From Candidatus Latescibacterota bacterium (lineage in GTDB: Bacteria; Latescibacterota; CBDEFO01): DNA of 64,000 nt. This document shows positions 39,538 to 48,230 of the stretch, piece by piece. The DNA lies in the NCBI GenBank assembly GCA_965237525.1, contig CBDEFO010000008.1, positions 608,001 through 672,000 on the forward strand, written 5' to 3'. The notes beneath the pieces are model-generated. The model saw nothing but the letters and a program-made list of their open reading frames with translations. It ran no database searches and was not told where the DNA came from. Both the position numbers and the translations under genes were made by a program. Position 1 is the stretch's first letter; the number at the start of each line of letters is the position of its first letter.

Positions 39538-42510
39538 TTATGAGGATACGTCGCCTGCGCCCAGGCGCCAGAAATTCTTTCTTATGCCTGTAAGCTGCTC
39601 TTTGGGCGTAAAGCCGCGCTCAAAATCCAGATCGATCCCGGAAAGTCCGCTCGCACTTAAACTTATATCCACAAAGCTTGTGACCCTCCTTTCGAATCTG
39701 CCTCTTGTGCTATCATCCGACTCTGAAATCGCCACTTGCTTGACTCCACTGGGGACAAAATCACCCAAAATTGTCGCCTTTAAGAGCGCTTTCTTGTCCC
39801 TTTTCCCATCTCTCTTGTCCATACCAGAAGGACCCTTAATCTCAGCATCCCGTGTGATCATGGAGTAAAACCCGAAATCCACGATGTAGCAGCCGTACTC
39901 AGGATCTCTGCTCTTGTGCTCTCCGAAGAAAAGACATCCCTTGCTATAATACTTTTTAGCACTATTCACACTGATAGCCTTATCCTTTATACCTTTGCGA
40001 TCTATAATGACCGCCTCTATGATCTCCTGATTGTCCAGAGGGGAAAATATCTCTGTGAAGGACCTGTGCAAATCGGATATTTTTCGCATGAAATCGCTTA
40101 TGGGGATGCTATCTTTGCCCTTTTTCTTGTTCTCTTCGTCCCATCTTTTCAGAACGTAAAGCCCCAATATCCACAGCAAGAGCAAAACAGAGATAGATAC
40201 ATATAGATTCTCTCTGGCATACCCTATGGAATGAGACAATATATAGTTCAGCTTATCTCTGATAAAGTCGTTGTAGACCGCTCTAATGCGATTAAACAGG
40301 ATCATCCACGGCCCTTCCTTTGTGCGGATACCCGAAGCGTCAAATATCCTCCATCCCATCCCCGGTATGTAAGCCTCTATCCATCCGTGTCCCGGAGGAG
40401 ACGCAGTGCCGGGTTTTGTCCTATACCCCACCACCAGACGGGTCGGAATCTCAAATTGATCCCGCACTATCGCTGCTAAAACAGTGTTGGCGACATCGCA
40501 GTCTCCCACCATGTACTTCAGTGCCGTATCTACGATATTCATCTGGCTGTTTTTGAAGACCCTGGATGTTCTCCTGCTGGTGCTGTACAACATGGTATTT
40601 TTGAGATAATCTTCCACCGCCTCCACCTGCGTTTCAGAATCCAGGCCGTAAAGGGAATTAAGACCGTTGAATATCTCTGCAGGATAAGCGATGTCAAAGG
40701 GCACCTGCGTATATTTGTGAAATTGGGCCTCGGTCAACTCCTCGGGCTCATAGATCCTGTCCCCATTCCCGTCCTGCGTGAGGACATTGTATCTAACCTG
40801 CCCGTCGAATTTTCTCCCCACCTCTACAGTCATCTCGCCTAGTTTGTTTACGTAAATTTCATCTATTTGGCTGTCGTTAAGACCAAACCATAAGGCGGTG
40901 GAATTAAAGGGCATCAGGACGACGATTTTTCCTTTTCTGGACTGAACTTTCCATTCGAACTCGAAATTCCTCCCCCGATTCTCCACATTCGGCCTTTGTG
41001 GCATTTCCAAAAGGGGCGAGTCTGTGCTACTTATACGATGGAACCTTTCTCTGCTTTTGGCCCAAGTTCCGTCCGGCAGCAGAATATCATATACCCCGGA
41101 CTTGAGATAGAGAACTTTTTTCGGTGTAAAATGAAGAAATGGAGGCGCGCCGTCCACAGCCCAAGAAATGCGGGGCTTGTGAATGGTGCTCGATGCATTT
41201 CCGTCTAACTCCGATTCTGCCACCTTGCTCCTGGACGACCCAAGTTTCATCTGGATTGAGTGAGCAATCGGATACAATCCCAGCGTCAAAATAGTTATCA
41301 ATATAAAGGGAAAAAAGAAAAAGGAGTTAAACGTCCTGACGTTCCTGTTCTGTAATATATCCCTTATCACCCTTCCAAAGGAGGGTCTGTATCTTTTCAA
41401 AAATCTCCACTCGTAAGCGTTGACAGAGGAGATATTCTCCTTCAAATAATAGTAAAAGCCCGTCTTTATGCCGTCCATCTTTCCGGTTATCGACTCCTCC
41501 AGATCCCCGGGGATGTTCTCCCTTGTCCTTGGGAGCAAAACGTTTGAAGGGAGTGCGAACGTGCTCTGAGTCATCCCATCGCGGCTCGGTCTTTTAAATC
41601 CGACCCAGCCTCCCTGAAGGAATACCTCTTCGGCAGAGGAGCGGTCCACAGCCCGTAAAGAGACGTCGACGGAGATCTTTCTATCTTCATAGTCGTATTC
41701 CTCTTTGGTTCTGTACGTCTTAATCCTTCCGCCCTTTGTCTCAGAATTGCCTGAGACGGGCTCTCCATTGACGGTCAAAAGATATTTACCTTCAGTCTGA
41801 TATGTCCCCACCTTGGAGAAGAAATCGGTAGGGTTGGCTGAATTTAAAACCAGCCCTTTAAGTGTGATCTTGGTTCCCTCAAATATGTCGCTCTTTTCGC
41901 CGATCCTCAGCGTATATCTATTCGGGCTTGCAGGCGACGATGGTCGATTGGAATATTCCCCATCTTTCCATGCGCGCGTCAGACCTCCATGTGATTCTAT
42001 CGTCACTTCGTGGCTGTACTCCAGGGCGGGCTTGAAGCCGATGCCGTGACCTCCATATTGATTCTCCTTTCCCATCTTTGTGGTATCGCCTATGGAAAGA
42101 AGCTTGAAAAGAACGTCGTGGAGGATCATCCCCAGAGCCCAATCCCTTATTGACACGTCGAATAGGTTGGGGCCATTCTGCTCCCAGCTTACCTCTATTC
42201 TTAACGGATACTCTATATGACCTCCGCTCTCTAAAAGATGAGTGGTCAGATCGTCGTACGCGTCCGTCACGTTCTGACATCCTATCTCTCTTAGAACCCT
42301 CTCCCCATCCAAGAGCTGATGCCTGACAATGTGGTCAATTCTCTTTCTGATGTTCTCTAAATTTGCTCTTTGCCCGGCCCTTTTCAATATCCATCCGATC
42401 CGGTCCAGGTCCAAATTTCCCACTGCTATCTCCCTGGAAAATGCCTCGACAAGCTTCGGATCGCACCTGACCGCTTCCAAAAGAGCGTATTCAAACTCTA
42501 TAAAATCCAT
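39538..42510 (-). CDS. GHKL (Hsp90/MORC-like) ATPase - TM - transglutaminase-like domain - TM fusion protein
   Basis: REIGCQNVTDA, IRDWALGM, GGHGIGFK, EGTKITL; GDCDVAN...RLVVGY...GHGWIEAYIPGMGWRIFDAS. Confidence 0.82.
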   Translation of the reverse strand: MDFIEFEYALLEAVRCDPKLVEAFSREIAVGNLDLDRIGWILKRAGQRANLENIRKRIDHIVRHQLLDGERVLREIGCQNVTDAYDDLTTHLLESGGHIEYPLRIEVSWEQNGPNLFDVSIRDWALGMILHDVLFKLLSIGDTTKMGKENQYGGHGIGFKPALEYSHEVTIESHGGLTRAWKDGEYSNRPSSPASPNRYTLRIGEKSDIFEGTKITLKGLVLNSANPTDFFSKVGTYQTEGKYLLTVNGEPVSGNSETKGGRIKTYRTKEEYDYEDRKISVDVSLRAVDRSSAEEVFLQGGWVGFKRPSRDGMTQSTFALPSNVLLPRTRENIPGDLEESITGKMDGIKTGFYYYLKENISSVNAYEWRFLKRYRPSFGRVIRDILQNRNVRTFNSFFFFPFILITILTLGLYPIAHSIQMKLGSSRSKVAESELDGNASSTIHKPRISWAVDGAPPFLHFTPKKVLYLKSGVYDILLPDGTWAKSRERFHRISSTDSPLLEMPQRPNVENRGRNFEFEWKVQSRKGKIVVLMPFNSTALWFGLNDSQIDEIYVNKLGEMTVEVGRKFDGQVRYNVLTQDGNGDRIYEPEELTEAQFHKYTQVPFDIAYPAEIFNGLNSLYGLDSETQVEAVEDYLKNTMLYSTSRRTSRVFKNSQMNIVDTALKYMVGDCDVANTVLAAIVRDQFEIPTRLVVGYRTKPGTASPPGHGWIEAYIPGMGWRIFDASGIRTKEGPWMILFNRIRAVYNDFIRDKLNYILSHSIGYARENLYVSISVLLLLWILGLYVLKRWDEENKKKGKDSIPISDFMRKISDLHRSFTEIFSPLDNQEIIEAVIIDRKGIKDKAISVNSAKKYYSKGCLFFGEHKSRDPEYGCYIVDFGFYSMITRDAEIKGPSGMDKRDGKRDKKALLKATILGDFVPSGVKQVAISESDDSTRGRFERRVTSFVDISLSASGLSGIDLDFERGFTPKEQLTGIRKNFWRLGAGDVSS

Positions 42511-44930
42511 TGTGACTTACTTGTGTTTAATATCTTGTATGTCCCTCTTAGATACGCCAGCGAAATTCCGTCATCAGTAGTCCGGAAGACCCTGTGATTT
42601 AAGTTTACTATCAGATGTTTTTTCCCCTTCATCGTCCACAGCACAAAGGGCAGTGGAGCATCTCCATTTAGATGATTTATTGGAAAGACCTCAATGCCTC
42701 CAGCTTCCACCTCTTTGAAGAATTTGCTGAACGAACCGTGCCAACGGGAACTCTTTGACCCGCCTGTTGTGGACGATCCACTATCTATCCCGTTTTGATA
42801 TAGGAAGCTACCGATATCTAAAAGGTGAGGGCTTACCTCAATCCCTGGGAAACGGCTCACATCTATAAGGTAACACCCCTTCAAAAAGAGCAATATATTC
42901 TTGTCTAACTCCGCGTCGAAGGATACTATGTCTCCCCCTTGATCAAGCTGGCTGTAGCTTTTGTGCAGGCGCAACAGTCCTGTTATCTCCTCCTTCGACG
43001 CCCGTCTGTAGAAGTCCTCAAAAAGACCTCTATCCTGAAGGAAGTTATAAAGTACCGATTCGAACTTTCGGAGCTGTTCCTTCTTGGAAAATTCCTCCCT
43101 TATATACTCAAGATAAGGGATCACTCCTCCTTTGACAAGGTTGTAATTATAGTAAGACACCGCTTGGCTCTTTACGAAGTGATCCCTTCCCTCCACAGGG
43201 TCCAGGACAACAGGATAGTTTACCACAAGGTTGAAGGGTCTCGACTCGGAATGAAAGAATATGTCCCCCGAAAGAACCCTGAATTCTCCCATGTCTCCTT
43301 GCGTCCGGTAATCTATCCCCGCCTGAATTGTACCTCTTTCTGTCCCTATTTGATACACCTTTGTAAGTCTTGTGAACCTGTAAGGATTCTGTTTGTTGAT
43401 CCTTTTCCTTCCGATGTAGACCTGCATCTCGGATTTGGATATGTTCTCAAGGTAGAGTTTAACTACGGTCTCCCTTTTCCTGTTTAATTCTCGGAGGCGG
43501 TTCCCCTTGAATACAAGTCCTTTCACAGCTCCGTATTCGCTCCTATCGCCGTAGAACATGTTCACCGTTACGCCTCTTTTTTTCCTTGAAGCCTTGGAAA
43601 ACCCTATAAACAGCTCCCCATCCTTCAGAGAATATCTGTTTCGGTATGTCTTATCTCTTTGCAGTGGAGATTCCGATTTTGAAATGACTATCACCTCTCC
43701 TCTTCCCTCCAACACCTCAACGAGCTTGGCTTTGCTGCCTATCCCCAGACGTCCTCTGCTGGTTACCACTCCTTTTTCGTTCAGTTTTTTCGACTCGTTA
43801 AAGAGCGGATACGTCCCGAACAGAAACTGCGGCTCCATAGCCAGCCCATCGTCTTCTATTGAGCAGCCGTTGTAGCAAAATTTGAAGACTACTTTAGACG
43901 ACTTGTGATCTAAACTGTTCTGTCCCTCTTCGGCCAAGTACCTTATGTGTAGAGGAAATTGATACTTTATCGAATCCTTCGTGTTGGACGATATTTCTCC
44001 TGAGGAGAAATCTATCTCCTCAAACGACAGCCGGTTGAAATGGATGAGGCTATAGACCAACTGAACTTTCCTTTTCAACTTATCCTCACCTTCTCCCTCG
44101 GGATAGAGCAAGTTCACAGAATCGTCCAGCCAGGAAAGCTCCTTAAGTTCCTCCTTCAAATCCATATCAAAGGAAAAAGTCTGAGAATCTATGTAAGCTA
44201 CAACCTCAGGCACTCGTATTTGATCTATCTTCTGCTTGTAGTGCAGATCCAATCGTTCAAATACCGCCTCTAATCTTGAGAAACTCCTGCTTACGTATTC
44301 CCGCAATATTTCAGCAGTTCTCCTCCAGGACCCCCGAGAGGTTATCTTATAATCTCTGTCAAACGGGAAGTCCTCCACAAGACTTTTGAACTCTAAGAAC
44401 TCATCAGAAGCAGAATCGTTCCGCTCTGAAATCAGATTCTTGAGCATAACGAACGACTCGTTGACGAGCGTTCTCTTGAAAGAGTCGTCTTCGAGTCTCC
44501 TGTAGCTCTCCTCTATCTTGCTGAGCTTTATATACGCCTCGCGCCTTAGATTGTCCCCTATATCGTGCACGTTGGACTTGCACATATATAGAGGAATAGA
44601 GCCTTCGGCATAGTTCCTATCCAGCCTCAGCAGTGACTCCAGGCGATTCCTGAAGTGGAGGAGAGACAGATGTCTCTTAAATTCCTCTCCCCATTTCAAG
44701 CTCAGCTCTCCGAGATCCTCATCCAGAATCTTAACCACAAGGTCGATGAACCTGGCGTAATCGTCCTTTCTGGCCTGAGAGAAGGTGAGCATCTCCTCCA
44801 GGGAAATCTCTATTTCCAACAAATCTCCGTCACGGAGTGGTCGCACGCGGAGTGTACGTCGCACCACCTCTCTTTCCAGATAGGGAGTTCTGGTTATAAA
44901 GTCAGCAGCTTTTTCTATAGCTTTCCTCAT
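42498..44930 (-). CDS. Large soluble protein with a central GHKL (Hsp90/MORC-like) ATPase domain
   Basis: AEEGQNSLD, IEDDGLAM, RGRLGIGSK, RGVTV after a ~320-aa helical N-terminus. Confidence 0.78.
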   Translation of the reverse strand: MRKAIEKAADFITRTPYLEREVVRRTLRVRPLRDGDLLEIEISLEEMLTFSQARKDDYARFIDLVVKILDEDLGELSLKWGEEFKRHLSLLHFRNRLESLLRLDRNYAEGSIPLYMCKSNVHDIGDNLRREAYIKLSKIEESYRRLEDDSFKRTLVNESFVMLKNLISERNDSASDEFLEFKSLVEDFPFDRDYKITSRGSWRRTAEILREYVSRSFSRLEAVFERLDLHYKQKIDQIRVPEVVAYIDSQTFSFDMDLKEELKELSWLDDSVNLLYPEGEGEDKLKRKVQLVYSLIHFNRLSFEEIDFSSGEISSNTKDSIKYQFPLHIRYLAEEGQNSLDHKSSKVVFKFCYNGCSIEDDGLAMEPQFLFGTYPLFNESKKLNEKGVVTSRGRLGIGSKAKLVEVLEGRGEVIVISKSESPLQRDKTYRNRYSLKDGELFIGFSKASRKKRGVTVNMFYGDRSEYGAVKGLVFKGNRLRELNRKRETVVKLYLENISKSEMQVYIGRKRINKQNPYRFTRLTKVYQIGTERGTIQAGIDYRTQGDMGEFRVLSGDIFFHSESRPFNLVVNYPVVLDPVEGRDHFVKSQAVSYYNYNLVKGGVIPYLEYIREEFSKKEQLRKFESVLYNFLQDRGLFEDFYRRASKEEITGLLRLHKSYSQLDQGGDIVSFDAELDKNILLFLKGCYLIDVSRFPGIEVSPHLLDIGSFLYQNGIDSGSSTTGGSKSSRWHGSFSKFFKEVEAGGIEVFPINHLNGDAPLPFVLWTMKGKKHLIVNLNHRVFRTTDDGISLAYLRGTYKILNTSKSQWIL

Positions 44931-44959
44931 AATCCTGTGCCGTAAGTTATTTCTTCAAA

Positions 44960-46792
44960 TTACCAGCCTGAGGCAGTGCGGTCTATGATATCCTTGGCTA
45001 ACATCTCCATAGCAGCCAATTTCCCCTCTTCCCTTTCATCTTCGCTATCACCCGACTCGGCGCTGTACGTCCCCCATCCCTCCAGGACCTCTTCCTCCCA
45101 GAGCACTTTGTCCTTCTTCTCGTCGAAATAGGAGATCTGGGCAAAGATGCGAATCCTGAAACTTTGAGCCTCTTCCTTTGCGCTGTAGGTAAACGGCTCA
45201 TCTTTTATCCTCAGCACTACCCCCCGTATTATCGAATCGGCTCTATCTTCGTCTACGACCCTAAGACTGCCATCATCCACCAGACCGTCAATCACCACAT
45301 CTGTCAACTGTTCTATTACACCGTACTCAACGCTCTGGTCATCTGAGATCTCAAAGAGCGGCACCGCCACCGTCTTGATGTGAGCGTAGGAAGAACTGGA
45401 CATCGAATAGATTCCGCACGCTGAAAGGACACAAAGGACAGTAGACAGTAGACAGTAGAGGTTATTTATCAAATGAAATCGGTGCACTTCTCTTTCGATC
45501 TTTGATTGATCTTGAATGATAGGTTTTCGACAATCTTTGGTTTCTGTTCTTTTTCAAAATGGATGTATAATTGTTCTTCTTTTAGGTTCCATTCAGCCAG
45601 GACAAAGTAGTTGGTGTAAGAGGAGGGAAGAGATACTTTCTCATTTAGGACATCGATAAAGGCTTTATCTGTCTGTTCTGTGTCCTGTTTGACTTGTCTG
45701 ATAAAATAGGTCTTGGGAATGAAATCTTTCTCGTTTGACTTCTCTTGCTTAGGTGGACGGTAGCCGGTGTATCTCTGTGATGAAAGATTAAACCATTCTA
45801 ACTTCTGATCAACTTCTTGTAAGCTTTTGAACTGAATTCTGTTCCAGAACTTCCTTGAAAATACAGAATTGTTGCCTTCTATAGATGCTTGAGAAAAGGG
45901 CCTTCTGGGAACGGCAAATATCGGAATCACTTGATTTTTCAAGAGAAACTGCATTGCTTTGCTGACATTCCTTTTACCTGAAACACTGCCAATAGTCGCC
46001 GAGCAATTGTCCACCTTAACGAAATCTGGTTTTTCAAACCTGTCAAAGAAAGACTGACACTTCTCGATAAAGTTAGTTGCTGTTTGACCGTCAACCCGCC
46101 GAAAATACCTTAACTTAGGCTCTTTCTTAAAGGAAAATCCAACGAAGTTGACCGGCTCAGTTCTGCCGGTAAGATACTTTTTACCAATAAAGTCTGATTC
46201 TAGGACTCTGCCTCCTGAAAGATAGTAAATGGTATACTCTGGATAACAAAGATAACGAGATGCACCCTTGTTTTTACCTTTCTTCCTTCTCTGGGAAAGT
46301 CCTAAATCTGAAAGCATTCTGCCGATAGTCGGCAACGACGGAGGAGGGGTGCTAGAATATCGATTCCTCCATTCTTGTTCAATAACAGTGGCTCCTGAAT
46401 AGAACTGATAAGGATCGTCCTCTAAGCTATGGTAAATCTCTTTGATTCTCTGTTCGTCAACTTTAGCCAATTTTCGCCTTTTTCCTTTTGGCCAACCCCG
46501 ATTATCTATGGCAAAATCCTGATCCAGAGATTTAGTCCAAGCCGTAACGAAATCATTGGAAACTCTCGCTTGTTTGATAACTTCTCGCTTTGACATTTCT
46601 TTCTTAAAATACATCTCGTTGACTTCTTGTCTTAATACGGCCAATCTCTCTTTGTCCATAGGACTCCGTAGATTAAAGTTAAGACAATCAACTCAACTTA
46701 ATCTACTAATACTCTAAACAAAGATCAAATTAGGTGCACCGATTTCATTTGATATTCAACCAGTAGACAGTAGACAGGGCAATCCTACCCAT
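44960..46792 (-). CDS. lptE: LPS assembly lipoprotein LptE-like, interrupted in its signal peptide by an IS
   Basis: LSAC lipobox, HIKTVAVPLF, ADSIIRG; removing the IS and one TSD restores MGRIALSTVYCLLSTVLCVLSAC from the ATG at 46792. Confidence 0.78.
45460..46761 (-). mobile_element. Insertion sequence, 1302 bp, with an rve/IS481-like DDE transposase
   Basis: 28-bp imperfect IRs GGTT(att/gaa)TATCAAATGAAATCGGTGCAC; 6-bp TSD AGTAGA at 45454-45459 and 46762-46767; AT-rich. Confidence 0.9.
45469..46659 (-). CDS. DDE transposase (HTH + integrase core)
   Basis: PSLPTIGRML, ESDFIG, KVDN, PFSQASIEGNN; lies inside the IRs. Confidence 0.82.
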   Translation of the reverse strand: MDKERLAVLRQEVNEMYFKKEMSKREVIKQARVSNDFVTAWTKSLDQDFAIDNRGWPKGKRRKLAKVDEQRIKEIYHSLEDDPYQFYSGATVIEQEWRNRYSSTPPPSLPTIGRMLSDLGLSQRRKKGKNKGASRYLCYPEYTIYYLSGGRVLESDFIGKKYLTGRTEPVNFVGFSFKKEPKLRYFRRVDGQTATNFIEKCQSFFDRFEKPDFVKVDNCSATIGSVSGKRNVSKAMQFLLKNQVIPIFAVPRRPFSQASIEGNNSVFSRKFWNRIQFKSLQEVDQKLEWFNLSSQRYTGYRPPKQEKSNEKDFIPKTYFIRQVKQDTEQTDKAFIDVLNEKVSLPSSYTNYFVLAEWNLKEEQLYIHFEKEQKPKIVENLSFKINQRSKEKCTDFI

Positions 46793-46905
46793 CCCTGTTT
46801 TAGGAGCAGTAGACAGTAAATAGCATGTAGAGGCGAAGTTACCTCGCCCAAAAGACAGGACATCCCTACCCAGTAAAAGTTTTGGGGTAAACTTTCGCAC
46901 GGGGT

Positions 46906-47334
46906 TTAAGCCTCCTGTCCCATGCTCTTGACTCTATCACCTACAGCCACAGGCTTGAGTTTGGGCCTTCCTGACATGTCCTGCGCATTAACGCTAAGTT
47001 CTTCTACGCCCTCTCCTCCACCGTGGGGTCCTTTTGAGATCTCCATCATCACAGAACTCAAGGGACGCCATCCCGAGCTGCCTGAACTTTCCTCGGAAGC
47101 TTCCCTAGGAGGAGGATTCGCCGTACACATCTTCTCCTGCGTGTTTGTAACCATTACCTGCCCCTTGATGATCTCCCACTTTCCCAGGGACTCTCCAGTA
47201 TCGGGATCTTTTACTTCATCTCCCTCGTCCAGGACGGCAAAGACCGTGCCGTCTTTGACCCCGTCTTCGGATCCTACGCTCAATATTAGCGTCCTGCTGT
47301 CGATTATTTTGGCTATCTTTCCCTCTATTGCCAT
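46906..47334 (-). CDS. Hypothetical protein, FlgT C-terminal-like beta-barrel
   Basis: LSVGSEDGVKDG, EVKDPDTGESLG, VAVGDRV. Confidence 0.7.
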   Translation of the reverse strand: MAIEGKIAKIIDSRTLILSVGSEDGVKDGTVFAVLDEGDEVKDPDTGESLGKWEIIKGQVMVTNTQEKMCTANPPPREASEESSGSSGWRPLSSVMMEISKGPHGGGEGVEELSVNAQDMSGRPKLKPVAVGDRVKSMGQEA

Positions 47335-47378
47335 ACCTTTTCTCCTGTGTCTTTTGTAGGTAAGTTCCTATTTTATCA

Positions 47379-47981
47379 TTACTTCTTACAGTTTCTTGAA
47401 TTCTCTACCAGTTCATTTATCTCATCATGCCTGAAGCAATCAACAGCATGATCATTTACCATGCCTACTGATTGCATAAACGCATAGCATATTGTGGCCC
47501 CAACGAATTTAAAACCTCGTATTTTCAGGTCTTTGCTCATGGCATCAGATTCCACGGTCTTATCAGGTATGTCCGAAAGTGATTTGAACTCATTTCTTAT
47601 GGGTTGATAGTTGACAAATTTCCAAAGATATTTGTCAAAAGCACCAAATTCCTTTTGAATATCCAGGAAAAGTTGAGCATTACGAACTGTAGAGCCAACT
47701 TTTAACCTGTTGCGAATAATTCCTTTATCATGTAGTAATCGTGTAACATCGTTCTCGGTATACTGTGAAACAAGAGCAGGATCAAAATTATCAAATGCTT
47801 TACGATAAGTTTCTCTTCTCTTAAGAATAGTTGACCACGTCAAGCCTGCTTGGGCCCCTTCTAAAGTCATCATCTCAAACAACATCCTATCATCGTGCAC
47901 AGGCACCCCCCACTCCAGATCGTGATATTCGATCATTAACGGATCACTACCTGTCCAAGAACATCTTTTTTCCTCTGTCAC
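47379..47981 (-). CDS. tag: DNA-3-methyladenine glycosylase I
   Basis: RCSW, YHDLEWG, LEGAQAGLTW, IIRNRLK, GFKFVG, GMVNDH..DC. Confidence 0.95.
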   Translation of the reverse strand: MTEEKRCSWTGSDPLMIEYHDLEWGVPVHDDRMLFEMMTLEGAQAGLTWSTILKRRETYRKAFDNFDPALVSQYTENDVTRLLHDKGIIRNRLKVGSTVRNAQLFLDIQKEFGAFDKYLWKFVNYQPIRNEFKSLSDIPDKTVESDAMSKDLKIRGFKFVGATICYAFMQSVGMVNDHAVDCFRHDEINELVENSRNCKK

Positions 47982-48230
47982 CCTTTTATCCTTGCGTCTT
48001 CGTTCGATCTTCAAATCTCTTCGATGTTCTACCACTGACGCAGAGAAGCCGAACTGCCTCTGTGGACTATCGTTCCTTCTGTCTGCACAGTCTTTCTCCT
48101 GTTCTCTGTAGACATGGAGGAGAAGGTCTACTCTGTCTAATGTCTACCAGATTGTTTGGCTTTGACCTTTACTCCTTGCGAGGTGTCAAACCGCTAGGCT
48201 AGCTCATTGTCTAATTCTACTTTTTGACGG

